64,000 bases of DNA from Acidobacteriota bacterium (GTDB lineage Bacteria > Acidobacteriota > UBA890 > WLXD01), in assembly GCA_965248695.1 (NCBI GenBank), contig CBDFKD010000002.1, positions 4,032,001-4,096,000 on the forward strand, given 5' to 3'. Each line of letters starts with the position of its first letter. Positions within the stretch are counted from its first letter, which is position 1. The position numbers were made by a program, and so were the translations under genes. The notes below the pieces were generated by a model, which worked only from the letters and a program-made list of their open reading frames with translations, was not told the origin of the DNA and did no database searches. Below, in pieces: positions 51,673 through 62,232 of this stretch.

Positions 51673-53562
51673 ATGCTCCGTTACTGGCGGCATGACCTCC
51701 CGGAGAAGCCGAGAATGGACATGGAGGCTCGACAAGTTCGGTTCATGGGCGCTGTTCGCGGCACGTCCAGGCGACAAATGACAGCTTTGCTGGTTCTCGG
51801 TCTCCTGGCTCCCGCTTGCACCGAACCTGCCGAGAAGCCCACGGATCGAACCGGAACGGAGCGCGCCGGACAGTACGCGACGGACTCGTCGCGTTGGGGC
51901 GAGGTCACGATCCAGACGGACTCCGTCGTGACAGCAGGGGCCTCCGGCGAAGACCGCAGAGCATTGCTCGAGATGATCGAGCGACAGCATCAGGGCTGGT
52001 TGGCACAGGACTCCCGAGCGTTGCGTGACGTCATGGCCACGGACGCCATGCGTGTGCACGCCAGTTCCGGGCTCAGCGACAGCGCCGACGCGATCGTCGC
52101 GGCACTGCCGGTGGAGTGGGAGTCACACGAACGTCCCTACGGGATCATCGCTCAGAGCTATGAGATTCGCGATGTCGAGCTCGCCGTCCAGGGTGACATC
52201 GCTACCGCCACCTACTGGATGGATGTGCACGGCGGCGCGCGCTGGGAGTTCGATGGGCAGCGAGTGAGCTTCGACGTGTATCGCCGAGCGGCACCCACAT
52301 GGGAGCTGTTGTTTCACACGGACGCAGCGGCTCGACGATCAGATGCGGCGGCAGAGCTCGGCTTGCCGCACATGGAATTCGTCTATCCCGCCGAAGACCT
52401 CGAACGGGTAGCTGCCTTCTATCAGCCCTTGCTCGGCGAGCCTGACGGACGCTCGTCGGAGCGCCTATCGTACGACCTGGGAGACGCTCGTTTTCACTTT
52501 GATACGACGACGCTGACGGGGTTCGCGCAGTCAACCGATGGAACGCCGAACGGGTATGCGGAGTTTGTCGTGCCGGACCTCGATGGCGAGGCGCTTCGGC
52601 TCCGGTCGATGGGGATCTCTGTAGACCGGGTCGACGCGACAGCCGAAAGGCCCGCTGCTGCATTGGTCCAAGACCCTGCCGGAAATGTGCTCCTCTTGCG
52701 CGAGCAGGCGCATGTAGAGGACTCCGTCGGCGCACCTTCCTTGACGGTAGCTCCCGATCCAGGCTCCTCGCACGAGATCCAGCAGACGATCGAAGCCTAC
52801 TGGAATGCCTGGCTGATGATGGACACCGAGAGTCTGGTCGATCAGCTGTCCTCCGACAGCCGTTGGGTTTCGGAGACCGACGCGAGGGGCGCAATTGACT
52901 ACGAGGGCAACGAGGAGATCCGCCAGGCGCTGCCGGCGGTCTGGAGCAACTACGACCGCGGACCGGCAGGTGTAGCCGTCGATGTCAACATCGGGAGTCG
53001 GACCGTTCGACACCTGTCGGACCTCGCCCTGGTCAGTTATGAGTACCGGATGGTGGGTGTTGATTCGTCGCGTAACCACGAGGCGGGCGTGGTGACGCAT
53101 TTGCTCGAAAAAGAGAGATCCGGCTGGAAGATCGGCTGGTCTCTCTTCACGACGCTCGACGATAGCGACGATCTCGTCCTGTCCCTCGACTACACCGGTT
53201 ATCCGGTCGGGCCGTTGCGTCGGCCAGAGCGCTTCTACACCGACATCCTGCGACTGGGCTCGCCATATCAGGATGTCGCGTACCGCGGTTGGTGGACACG
53301 CAGCAGTGTGTTCGGGATCTACCGTGTCGGATCTTCGAGCCCGGAGCTGCTCCGGCCGAAGAGAACCAACGGGTACGCGAGCTTCTGGGTCGAGTCCGTC
53401 GACGAGGTGTACGAGTACCTCCAACGGAGCGGGTCCACTTTCCCTGTCATACTTGCGATCAACGACACGGAGGGCATCGACCGGCAACCTGGCTACATTC
53501 AGCTAGTCTCGACCGACTCCGAGGGCAACATCGTCCTGTTCACTGAGTATCCGGGAACCTAG
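51673..53562 (+). CDS. Probable lipoprotein with NTF2/SnoaL-VOC-NTF2/SnoaL-VOC architecture (true start probably 51745 or 51778)
   Basis: LLAPAC; 'DLERVAAFYQPLLG..DPAGN' and 'ERFYTDILRL..DSEGN' VOC halves alternate with DUF4440-like segments. Confidence 0.65.
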   Translation: MLRYWRHDLPEKPRMDMEARQVRFMGAVRGTSRRQMTALLVLGLLAPACTEPAEKPTDRTGTERAGQYATDSSRWGEVTIQTDSVVTAGASGEDRRALLEMIERQHQGWLAQDSRALRDVMATDAMRVHASSGLSDSADAIVAALPVEWESHERPYGIIAQSYEIRDVELAVQGDIATATYWMDVHGGARWEFDGQRVSFDVYRRAAPTWELLFHTDAAARRSDAAAELGLPHMEFVYPAEDLERVAAFYQPLLGEPDGRSSERLSYDLGDARFHFDTTTLTGFAQSTDGTPNGYAEFVVPDLDGEALRLRSMGISVDRVDATAERPAAALVQDPAGNVLLLREQAHVEDSVGAPSLTVAPDPGSSHEIQQTIEAYWNAWLMMDTESLVDQLSSDSRWVSETDARGAIDYEGNEEIRQALPAVWSNYDRGPAGVAVDVNIGSRTVRHLSDLALVSYEYRMVGVDSSRNHEAGVVTHLLEKERSGWKIGWSLFTTLDDSDDLVLSLDYTGYPVGPLRRPERFYTDILRLGSPYQDVAYRGWWTRSSVFGIYRVGSSSPELLRPKRTNGYASFWVESVDEVYEYLQRSGSTFPVILAINDTEGIDRQPGYIQLVSTDSEGNIVLFTEYPGT

Positions 53563-53619
53563 CTAGCCATCGCCGCGGCGTCGGCCGCCGGGAAGACTCT
53601 GACGAAGAGGACCCGTACT

Positions 53620-54981
53620 ATGAGGCGCGCATTCGGCCCGTTGGCTGTCCTGGTGACGATGCTCTTCCTCGTCGGGTGTGGCTCGGAGGACCGCGATCCC
53701 GCCAAGAGGCGCCAGGAGCTCAAGCCCCCCCGACAGTGGAGCGGCATCTCCTACGCCGACCGAACCGTGGTGGAGCGGGCTCCGTATAGAACCGCTTCCG
53801 GCAGCGGCTTCGACGCCGAGCGCGCTTGGAGCGGCGAGGACGATTGGGAGCCCTACGTCGCGGTCGATGCCGAGCGCGGGATCGTCTATCAGTTCGTTAC
53901 CCGGTGGGTGGCCCCCAAGTACAAGATCGTCGTGCGTCGCTCGCTCGACGGTGGCGCCACCTGGGAGCCGGACCAGCTGATCTTTCCATCGACGGCCGGT
54001 CAAGCGGACCCTTACGCCAAGGTGGCACGCGACGGGACCGTCTACGCGATCTGGATGGAGGTCTGGGACACGATGTTGTCGAAGTCGACCGACTTCGGCG
54101 CCACTTGGACCCCGCCCGTTTCGGTCATCAGCGCCCTGCGATGGAGTGACTTCCCGAGCATCGCCCTGTCCGAGGACGGCCGCGACATCTACGTGGCGTT
54201 TCAGCGCAGAGACAGCTACGTGGCCGCATCGCACGACTTCGGAGCGACCTTCTCGGCGCCGGTGAAAACCAACTCCGACCGACGCCACTGGTGGCACGGT
54301 GGCGGCGCGGTGGCGTCCAACGGCGATGTCTACTTCGGCGCCAGCACGCAGCGGCGTCGGTCGAGCCGCGGCTCGGTCAAGATGTTCGCGCTGAAGTCGA
54401 GCGACGGCGGCGCATCCTGGCAGACCCTCCGACTCGACGTGTCATCCGAGGTTCCCGCCTGTGACTGGGCCGAGGGCTGCTACCACGGCTTTCTGGTCGG
54501 TGTGCCGAGCGTCGCGGTCGACGCGGCCGGCGCGGTACTGGCGGTGTACAACGCGGGTCGGGCCGATGGTGCCCCGCAGCGGATCTGGGCACGCCGCTCG
54601 CTCGACGGCGGCGCCACCTGGACGCGCCCTCGGCGCCTCTCCAAGAGTTGGGCGGCGGCCCACAACAGCTTCACCGACGTCGAGGCCGGACCGTTCGCCG
54701 GTGATTTTCGCGTCGTCTGGCAGGGGAGCTACCGCGGCCGGGTCGACGCCTGGAACACGTACTACCGACGCACCTCGGACGCCGGTGTGACCTGGGAGCC
54801 CACGCGCCGACTCTCCGATCTCGGCGCCGGAGCGCCGTACAAGTCCCCGGCCGGCTACCTGTTTCCGTACGGCGACTACCTTGCGATCGCGGTCGACGGA
54901 CAGGGTGTGAACCACGTGATTTGGGGCGAAGGCGCAAGCTGGAACGGTCCCGGCGGCGTCTGGTACACCCGAGGACGGTGA
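53620..54981 (+). CDS. BNR/Asp-box (sialidase-fold) lipoprotein
   Basis: Lipobox LVGC; six Asp-box (S/T-x-D-x-G-x-T/S-W/F) repeats. Confidence 0.8.
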   Translation: MRRAFGPLAVLVTMLFLVGCGSEDRDPAKRRQELKPPRQWSGISYADRTVVERAPYRTASGSGFDAERAWSGEDDWEPYVAVDAERGIVYQFVTRWVAPKYKIVVRRSLDGGATWEPDQLIFPSTAGQADPYAKVARDGTVYAIWMEVWDTMLSKSTDFGATWTPPVSVISALRWSDFPSIALSEDGRDIYVAFQRRDSYVAASHDFGATFSAPVKTNSDRRHWWHGGGAVASNGDVYFGASTQRRRSSRGSVKMFALKSSDGGASWQTLRLDVSSEVPACDWAEGCYHGFLVGVPSVAVDAAGAVLAVYNAGRADGAPQRIWARRSLDGGATWTRPRRLSKSWAAAHNSFTDVEAGPFAGDFRVVWQGSYRGRVDAWNTYYRRTSDAGVTWEPTRRLSDLGAGAPYKSPAGYLFPYGDYLAIAVDGQGVNHVIWGEGASWNGPGGVWYTRGR

Positions 54982-55033
54982 CCGGGGAGAGGTGGCATGA
55001 GCCCCTAGTAGGTCTATTCGCGCGCTTCAAGGG

Positions 55034-56305
55034 TCATCTTTTCGCGAACCTCTCGGCCAGCGCTTGCGCCGCCCGGCGCGTGTTGGCGCTGGCCGTCCGG
55101 CTGGTGGCCGTAGGTTGCGACGAGAGCTTTGCGATCACCATGTCCGCGGCCGGATCGACGTACACCATCTGCCCGTGAATACCGAAGGCGCTGTAGGCAC
55201 CATGGTCATTGCCGCTGATCCACCAGTTGCTCCGGTAGGATCCGCTCGGATTGCTCGACGCACTTCTGGCCCATGCTTCTCGGTTACCGTTGGTGCGAAA
55301 GTCCTCGATCCATTCCAGTGGCACGATTTGCTGATCGTTGAAGAAGCCACCCTGCAAGTGCATTTGGCCGAAACGCGCCAGGTCGCGCAGGGTGACGTTG
55401 ATGCCGCCATCCGGGATCGGCGCGCCCAAGGGGCAAAGGATGATGTAGGCATCCTCCTCGGCACCGAGCTTGCTCCACAGCTCGCGACTGAAGAGCTCGG
55501 CAAGATCTGATTTGGCGGCCCGTTCGAGAACCCACCCGAGTGCATCCGTGTTTGGCGAGGCGTATTCGAATACACGGCCGTGTTCACCTTCCTTCTGCAA
55601 GTTTTGCAGAAACCTGTGAAGGCCGACGGGAACGTCGAGGTCGCCACGAGGACGCCAGCCCGCCGCGATGTCGAACTGGAGGTAGCTGCTGGAGGCCGGA
55701 TCGTAGGGATCGTCCGGATCGTAGTAATCCTCCGAGTAGGCCACGCCGATGGTCATGTCCAGCAGATTCCTCACCGTCGCGTCACCGTAGGCGCTGTCCC
55801 TCAGCTCCGGAACGTAGCTGACGACGGTCTCCTCTGGATCCAGCCCTCCGTTGTCGACGAGGATTCCCGCCAGCGATCCGGTAAACGATTTGGACACCGA
55901 CATCAGCAGGTGCTTCGAGTTTGGTGCCATGCCGTTGAAGTACTGCTCCGTTACGATCACGCTGCGATGCAACACCAGAAAGCCGTCGGTGTAGGTGGTT
56001 TCGAGCATCTGACGGACCGTCATCGGCTTGCCGTCGACATCTTCGAATCGGATATCGTCGAGATTCTGCTGGTTCCGTTCGAAGCGGTGCATTGGCCCGC
56101 TGCCGCGGCTAATTTCGGCCGTTGGCAGCAGCCTGCGTGTGTGTCGAAACGCCCACCGGTTTTGCGGTCCCTCTTGCCAGTTTGCCAGCGTCGCAGGGGG
56201 ATTGTCGGAGGGAATCGTGTGCTGCCGCATGCTCGGTAGAGAGAGCGCGGTGGGAGTGGAGACGAGCAACGCCAGGCCAATCACACAACAAGATCGGAAC
56301 ACCAT
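55034..56305 (-). CDS. NylB-like serine hydrolase
   Basis: LMSVSKS, YAS and GIHGQ motifs. Confidence 0.88.
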   Translation of the reverse strand: MVFRSCCVIGLALLVSTPTALSLPSMRQHTIPSDNPPATLANWQEGPQNRWAFRHTRRLLPTAEISRGSGPMHRFERNQQNLDDIRFEDVDGKPMTVRQMLETTYTDGFLVLHRSVIVTEQYFNGMAPNSKHLLMSVSKSFTGSLAGILVDNGGLDPEETVVSYVPELRDSAYGDATVRNLLDMTIGVAYSEDYYDPDDPYDPASSSYLQFDIAAGWRPRGDLDVPVGLHRFLQNLQKEGEHGRVFEYASPNTDALGWVLERAAKSDLAELFSRELWSKLGAEEDAYIILCPLGAPIPDGGINVTLRDLARFGQMHLQGGFFNDQQIVPLEWIEDFRTNGNREAWARSASSNPSGSYRSNWWISGNDHGAYSAFGIHGQMVYVDPAADMVIAKLSSQPTATSRTASANTRRAAQALAERFAKR

Positions 56306-56363
56306 GCTTCGATTCTCCGTGAGCTGTCCGTGGTAGATCGCGTTAGACGCCGGCGTGAGGCCT

Positions 56364-56429
56364 GGCGAGGAGAATTCCTACATCAGCTCGCCGCCACTGG
56401 TCATCGACGGCGGTTTCACGAGCGTATAG
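56364..56429 (+). pseudogene. 3' tip of a short-chain dehydrogenase gene
   Basis: Translates as ENSYISSPPLVIDGGFTSV*, like an SDR C-terminus. Confidence 0.5.
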
Positions 56430-57209
56430 ATTCATCGCCGGTGTCGTAGCCGCAAACCACGGGAGACCCTGCCGATGTCCATAGCCAACCCGTCCAGCCT
56501 CGGGGAGGCGCTGCCGGATCCGAAGCTGGTGGCAGAGAAGAAAGCCATGCTCGTGGAGGCCGGCGTCAAGTACGTCTTCTCGGTCTGGATCGATCTGTTT
56601 GGCCAGCCCAAGACCAAGCCGGTGCCGATCAGCGACTTCGAGCTGCTGTGTGCGGGCAAGGGCCCGCAATTCGCGGTGCACTCCATCTCCTTCGTGCCGG
56701 AGCTGGGCGCGGCGGACTCCGATCAGATCCCGCTGCCGGACATAGACACCCTGGTGATCTGCCCATGGGATCGCACCTGCGCGTGGATGTTCGCGGACCT
56801 GTGGTGGGAGGACAAGCCGTACAATCTGTGCCCGCGCAGTGCCATGAAACGGGTCGTACGCAGTGCCGCGGAGGCGGGCTACAGCGTCTGGGCGGGCGTG
56901 GAGCCTGAGTTCATCGCCATGCGCTGGAAGGACGGGAAGCCGGTCAAGGCGATGGACAACGATCCGCAGCCCGGCGAGGGCCTGCGCCCGAGGCGGCAAG
57001 CCTTCGGCTACGACGTCGAGTACTCCATCGACTCGATGGGGTTCCTCGGCGACATGATCGACGTGCTGGAGGATCTGGGCTGGAATCTGCACGACGTGGT
57101 GGCGGAAGGGGCCTACTCCCAGTTCGAGCTCGACTTCCACTACACCGACGTGCTGGGCATGGCGGATCGGGTCGCCTTCCTGCGCGTGCTGCTGAAGGAG
57201 ATCGCCAAG

Positions 57210-58481
57210 TGACCTGCCCCAAGTGTTTGGGCCACTTCGTAACTCATAGAATCGGTACTGGCAAGAGATTGTTGGAGCTGGCGAAGCGGAGCGTAGCCGG
57301 CTGCAACAACGTCGCTTCGGGTGCAGGCGGTCGATAGCCCAACGAGCTATGGGGCCGCACCTGGTTGTACTGGCGGCGCCAGCGGTGCACCAAGCACTGC
57401 GCCTCCTTGAGCGTGTAGAAGATCTCGCCGTTCAGCAGCTCGTCTCGGAGCTTGCCGTTGAAGCTCTCCACATAGCCGTTTTCCCATGGCGATCCGGGCT
57501 CAATGAACAGCGTCTTCACACCGATTCGCTCGAGCCATTCACGCACTGCCCGAGAAGTGAACTCCGGTCCGTTGTCGGAGCGGATGTGATCGGCAACACC
57601 CCGGTTCACGAACAGCTCAGCGAGTCGCTCCAGCACGTTCTCGGAGTTGAGCCTGCGTGCTACATCGATTGCCAAGCACTCTCTCGTGTACTCATCCACG
57701 ATCGTCAGTAGACGAAACGCTCGCCCGTCGTGAGTTCGTTCGTGCACGAAGTCATAGGCCCAGACGTGATCTTTCCTCTCCGGCCGCAGCCGCACGCACG
57801 ATCCATCATTGCGCCACCAGCGTCCGCGCTTGGGCTGCTTTTTCGGTACCTTCAGCCCCTCACGACGCCATAACCGTTCGACCCTCTTGTGATTCACTCG
57901 CCACCCCTCACGTACCAACAGCGCCGTGATCCGCCGGTACCCATAGCGCCCGTACTGCGTCGCCAGCTGGGTCATCCGCTCCACCAGTGCCTTCTCCTCC
58001 TGCGGCACCTTGGGCCGATACTGCTGCGTCGAGCGCACCTGGCCCAGTACTCTGCAGGCTCGCCTCTCGGACACACCCAACGACTGCTGTGCGTGGTGCA
58101 CTGCCCGGCTCCGTCGTGCCGGGCTCAGAAGTTTCCCGACGAAACCTCTTTGAGGATGGCGTTGTCGAGCATCGTCTCCGCCAGCAACTTCTTGAGCCGG
58201 CCGTTTTCCCGCTCCAGCTCCTTGAGTCGCCGTGCCTGATCCACCCTCAGTCCACCGTACTCCTTGCGCCACCGGTAATACGTGTTCTCGCTGATTCCCA
58301 GCTTGCGGCATGCCTCCGGTGTCTTGGCCCCTTTCGCTAGCTCGATCTCTGCCTCCCTGAGCTTGGCGATGATCTGCTCTACAGTGTACCGCTTCCGCGC
58401 CCATTCTTCCCCCTTCCCGAGCCATCCTGAGAGCCTCAAATCCTAACTCTCAGACTGGCCCGATTATTGGGGGGCAGGTCA
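57210..58481 (-). mobile_element. IS3-family element (IS407-like) with 4-bp CAAG target duplication
   Basis: TGACCTGCCCC termini; CAAG at 57206-57209 and 58482-58485; orfA/orfB with GGGAAAC slip site; DDE motifs. Confidence 0.95.
57244..58404 (-). CDS. IS3 transposase orfA/orfB; orfA ATG shifted out of frame by one extra G
   Basis: WAYDF, SDNGPEF and ESFNG motifs; ATGGGCGCGG where ATGGCGCGG would give MARKR. Confidence 0.8.
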   Translation of the reverse strand: MGAEAVHCRADHRQAQGGRDRASERGQDTGGMPQAGNQREHVLPVAQGVRWTEGGSGTATQGAGAGKRPAQEVAGGDDARQRHPQRGFVGKLLSPARRSRAVHHAQQSLGVSERRACRVLGQVRSTQQYRPKVPQEEKALVERMTQLATQYGRYGYRRITALLVREGWRVNHKRVERLWRREGLKVPKKQPKRGRWWRNDGSCVRLRPERKDHVWAYDFVHERTHDGRAFRLLTIVDEYTRECLAIDVARRLNSENVLERLAELFVNRGVADHIRSDNGPEFTSRAVREWLERIGVKTLFIEPGSPWENGYVESFNGKLRDELLNGEIFYTLKEAQCLVHRWRRQYNQVRPHSSLGYRPPAPEATLLQPATLRFASSNNLLPVPIL

Positions 58482-59202
58482 CAAGCGCCATGGCATGTTC
58501 ATCACCTTCATGCCGAAGCCGACGATCGGAGACTGGCGCTCCGGCGCCCACATGAACCTCTCCATGCAGCCCATCGACAAGCCCGGCGAGAACCTGTTCG
58601 AGAACGACGGCAAGTGGGCGGACCCCGTCTACCATGCGGTGGGCGGCCTGCTGCGCCACGGCGGCGCGCTGACCGCCATCGCCTGCTCTACCGTCAACTC
58701 CTACAACGGGCTGGTGCCGCGGGTCGGCGGCTTCGAGGGCGGCACCGTCACCTGGGCGCCCACTCACGTGACCTATGGTCACAACAATCGGTCCGCGATG
58801 TTTCGATTGCCACAGAGCCGCTACTGCATCGAGAACCGCGCCGCTGACATGTGCATGAACCCCTATCTCGGGCTCGGCATGAGCGCGGCCGCGATGCTGG
58901 AAGGCGTGGTGAACCAGTACGACCCCGGCAAGCCGCTCAACGAGGATCTCTACGCGATGACGGAGCAGGAGATCATGTCGTCCGGTGCCCAGCGCCTGCC
59001 CCGCAATCTGCTCGAGGCGGTGGAAATCCTCAAGGACGACGAGCTCGCCAGGGAGGTGATGGGTGAGACCATGATGAGCTCGTACCTCGCCTACAAAATC
59101 GACGAGTGGGAGCGCTATCACCAGGCGATCACGGATTGGGAGGTGGAAGAGTATCTGCGCCTGTATTGAGCGACGACGAGCCTTGCTCGGCCGAAGTGCG
59201 AC

Positions 59203-60216
59203 ATGACCGCCGCCGCGAAGATCTTCGCCGCCGGTGACCTCGAGCTCCAGTCGGGCGCCGTGCTGCCCGATGCCAAGCTCGCCTATCAGACCTACGGCGA
59301 GCTAAGCCCGACCGGTGACAACGTGGTGGTCATGCCCACGTTCTACACGGGCACCCACCTGCGCAACGAGGGGTTCTTCGGGGCGGGGCGGGCCGTCGAT
59401 CCGGCCCGCCACTTCGTGGTGTCGATCAACATGTTCGGTAACGGCATCTCGTCGTCCCCCAGCAACACGCCGCCGCCCGCGGACGGTCCTCGCTTTCCCC
59501 ATGTCACCCTGTACGACAACGTCGCCTGCCAGCACCGTCTACTGACCGAGGTGCTGGGCGTGGAGCGCATCGCCCTCGTGTTCGGCTGGTCCATGGCGGC
59601 TTGCCAATCCTTTCAATGGGCGGCGCAGTTCCCGGACATGGTTGACGCCATCTTGCCGTTCTGCGGCTCGGCCCGAACGTCCATTCACAACCAGGTGTTC
59701 CTGGAAGGCGTGAAAGCAGCGCTGCAGGCGGACGCCGACTCCGCGGGGGGTGACTACACCGCGCCGCCCGAGACCGGGCTCAAGGCCTTCGGGCGCGTCT
59801 ACGCGGGCTGGGCCTTCTCCCAGACCTTCTACCGCGAGCGGCTGTTCCAGCGCCTCGGCTACGACACCGCGGAGGAGCTACTGCTCGACTGGGAGCGCTA
59901 TCACCTGGAGTGGGACGCCAACGACTTGCTGGCCAAGCTCTGGACCTGGCAGCGGGGAGACATCAGCGCCAACGAGCTGTACCACGGCGACTTCGAGCGG
60001 GCGCTGAGCGCGATTACCGCGCGAGCCATCGTCATGCCGTGCAGCACCGATTTGTACTTCCCGCCCGAGGACAGCCAGTACGAGGTGGCGCACATGCCGA
60101 ACGCGGAGCTGCGCGTGTTCGATTCGCCCTGGGGGCACTGCGTCGCGAGCCCGGGCAACGTGCCCGCCTTCCACGAGTACCTCGACGCCGCAGCGGCTGA
60201 GCTGCTAGGCCACTAG
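59203..60216 (+). CDS. MetX-like alpha/beta hydrolase
   Basis: LAYQTYG, GWSMA, DLYF and WGH motifs. Confidence 0.85.
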   Translation: MTAAAKIFAAGDLELQSGAVLPDAKLAYQTYGELSPTGDNVVVMPTFYTGTHLRNEGFFGAGRAVDPARHFVVSINMFGNGISSSPSNTPPPADGPRFPHVTLYDNVACQHRLLTEVLGVERIALVFGWSMAACQSFQWAAQFPDMVDAILPFCGSARTSIHNQVFLEGVKAALQADADSAGGDYTAPPETGLKAFGRVYAGWAFSQTFYRERLFQRLGYDTAEELLLDWERYHLEWDANDLLAKLWTWQRGDISANELYHGDFERALSAITARAIVMPCSTDLYFPPEDSQYEVAHMPNAELRVFDSPWGHCVASPGNVPAFHEYLDAAAAELLGH

Positions 60217-60315
60217 TACCCCGACCTGCCGTGAACTCATGCGCAAACCTCTCGGCCTGATGGGTCATAATCGTGCGTTCGCCGAACTCCTTTCATCGAC
60301 CTTGAGGTTGAGGAG

Positions 60316-60774
60316 ATGACAACGCTAGAGAGCATCCTGGGAGCCGATGCATTGGAGCAGTTCGAAGCGAAAGCCGAGGTCAAGAGCGGGCTCCCGGCAG
60401 CTGCTTATACGAGCGACGCCTTCCTGCGCCTCGAGCACGAACGGCTGTTTCGCGAGAGTTGGGTGTTCGTCGGCTTTGCCCACGAGATGCGGAATCCTGG
60501 AGATGTCATCCCCGTGACGGTCGCTGGCCAGCCGCTCGTCTTGGTGCGGGGCCGCGATGGCGAGGTCAGAGCCTTTCACAACGTCTGCCGGCATCGGGGC
60601 ACGACGCTCGTGGCCGAGGCCTGCCATGTGGATCGGCTGCTCACCTGTCCCTACCACGCCTGGGCCTACGACCTTGAGGGTGGATTGCGCTCCACTCCGC
60701 ATTTCGATGGATATGGCAGCCACACACCGGCCGATTTCGAACCGACGAACTTCGGGCTCGTGTCCGTGTCCAGC
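60316..60774 (+). pseudogene. Rieske oxygenase alpha subunit (choline monooxygenase-like), truncated by IS3
   Basis: CRHRG and CPYHAW motifs; the catalytic domain does not resume after the IS. Confidence 0.85.
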
Positions 60775-62034
60775 TGACCTGACCCCCGAAAACGGATCCG
60801 GATGTAATCTCACGATCTGGGTCAAGAACGGGAGGTCAGAATGCCGAGTAAGAGGCACAGCGCCGAGCAGATCGTACGCAAGCTCCGGGAGGCTGAGGTG
60901 GAGCTGGCTCGAGGGGCGACGGTCAAGGATGCCTGCCGCAAGCTAGCAATCACCGAGCACACCTACTACCGGTGGCGGCGAGAGTACGGCGGACTGAAGC
61001 TCAACCAGGCCAGAAAGCTCAAGCAACTGGAGAAGGAGAATGCCCGGCTCAAGAGGCTGGTGGCGGAAAAGGAACTCGACCTGTCGATCCTGAAGGAAGT
61101 GGCGGAGGGAAACTTCTGAGCCCAGCTCGGCGGCGAGAGGCGGTGGCACATGTACGGGGGCGGCTGGGCGTCTCGGAGAGGCGGGCGTGTCGGGTACTGA
61201 AACAACCACGCACGACACACCGGTACGTGCCAAGAGAGCCGCAACAGGAGCAGATTTTGACGGAGCGGATCGTGGATTTAGCCCGACAGTACGGGCGCTA
61301 CGGATATCGGAGGGTGACAGCGTTGCTGCGCATGGAGGGCTGGTCCGTGAACCACAAACGAGTGCAGCGTATCTGGCGGCGCGAAGGGCTGAAAGTACCG
61401 AGAAAACAGCCCAAACGAGCACGGCTGTGGCTGAGCGATGGCTCCTGCATCCGGCTGCGCCCACAGCACCGGGATCATGTCTGGGCGTATGACTTCCTGC
61501 ACCACCGGACGCACGACGGTCGGGCTATGAGGCTGCTGACGATCGTCGATGAGTACACACGAGAAAGCCTGGCGATCCATGTAGCACGGAAGCTCAACTC
61601 TGAGGACGTGCTGGAGCAGCTCGGGAGGTTGTTCGTACACCGGGGCATACCTGAGCACATCCGGTCGGATAACGGACCAGAGTTCACCGCCGAGGCGGTT
61701 CGCGACTGGCTGGGCCGGTTGGGCGTGGGGACGCTGTTCATCGAGCCGGGCTCGCCGTGGGAGAACGGTTACGTGGAGAGCTTCAACGGCAAGCTACGCG
61801 ACGAGCTGCTGGATGGAGAGATCTTCTACACGCTCAAGGAGGCAAAGGTTCTGATCGAGAGATGGCGTCAGCACTACAACCGCATGCGACCGCACAGCTC
61901 GCTGAGCTATCGGCCGCCCGCACCCGAAGCGACGTTGTTGAAGCCGGCTGCGCTCCGCTTCGCCGGCCTCAACAACCTCTTGTCAGCACCGAGTTACTGA
62001 GATAAGACATGGTACTAACCGCGGGGTCAGGTCA
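60775..62034 (+). mobile_element. IS3-family element, copy A (no target duplication)
   Basis: TGACCTGACCCC termini; flanks CAGC and GTGT differ. Confidence 0.95.
60841..62000 (+). CDS. IS3 transposase OrfAB (programmed -1 frameshift)
   Basis: orfA 60841-61119; GGGAAAC slip site near 61107; orfB DDE domain to 62000. Confidence 0.92.
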
Positions 62035-62232
62035 GTGTGGGCGCTCATTGCCAGAATGAGGAACTATGGGCAAGGGAAGGGCAAGGCGCATCCGCGGCGC
62101 GGTCGGCACGGGGCGGACCTGGACTTTCGCATGGTCCTTCGTTGGTACCAGCTTCATGGTGCTATTGAGGGTTGAACGTCGTCCGACGGTCAACATGATC
62201 AACCCCAATGCGGCCATGGGCCTTATCGGCTG

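Larger units (their letters stand above)
56475..59169 (+). pseudogene. Glutamine synthetase-like gamma-glutamyl ligase (GlnT/GmaS-like), interrupted by IS3
   Basis: GVEPEF, QFE, TFMPKP, SGAHMN, NSY and ENR motifs. Removing the IS and one CAAG restores KEIAK-RHGMF. Confidence 0.9.

Noticed and set aside
53620-54981. True sialidase
   Set aside because: Asp boxes are present but I saw no (F/Y)RIP motif.
5451-60216. CTAG at many module junctions as a shared recombination site
   Set aside because: Mostly explained by TAG stop codons, and CTAG also occurs inside genes. Only the MITE shows a real duplication.
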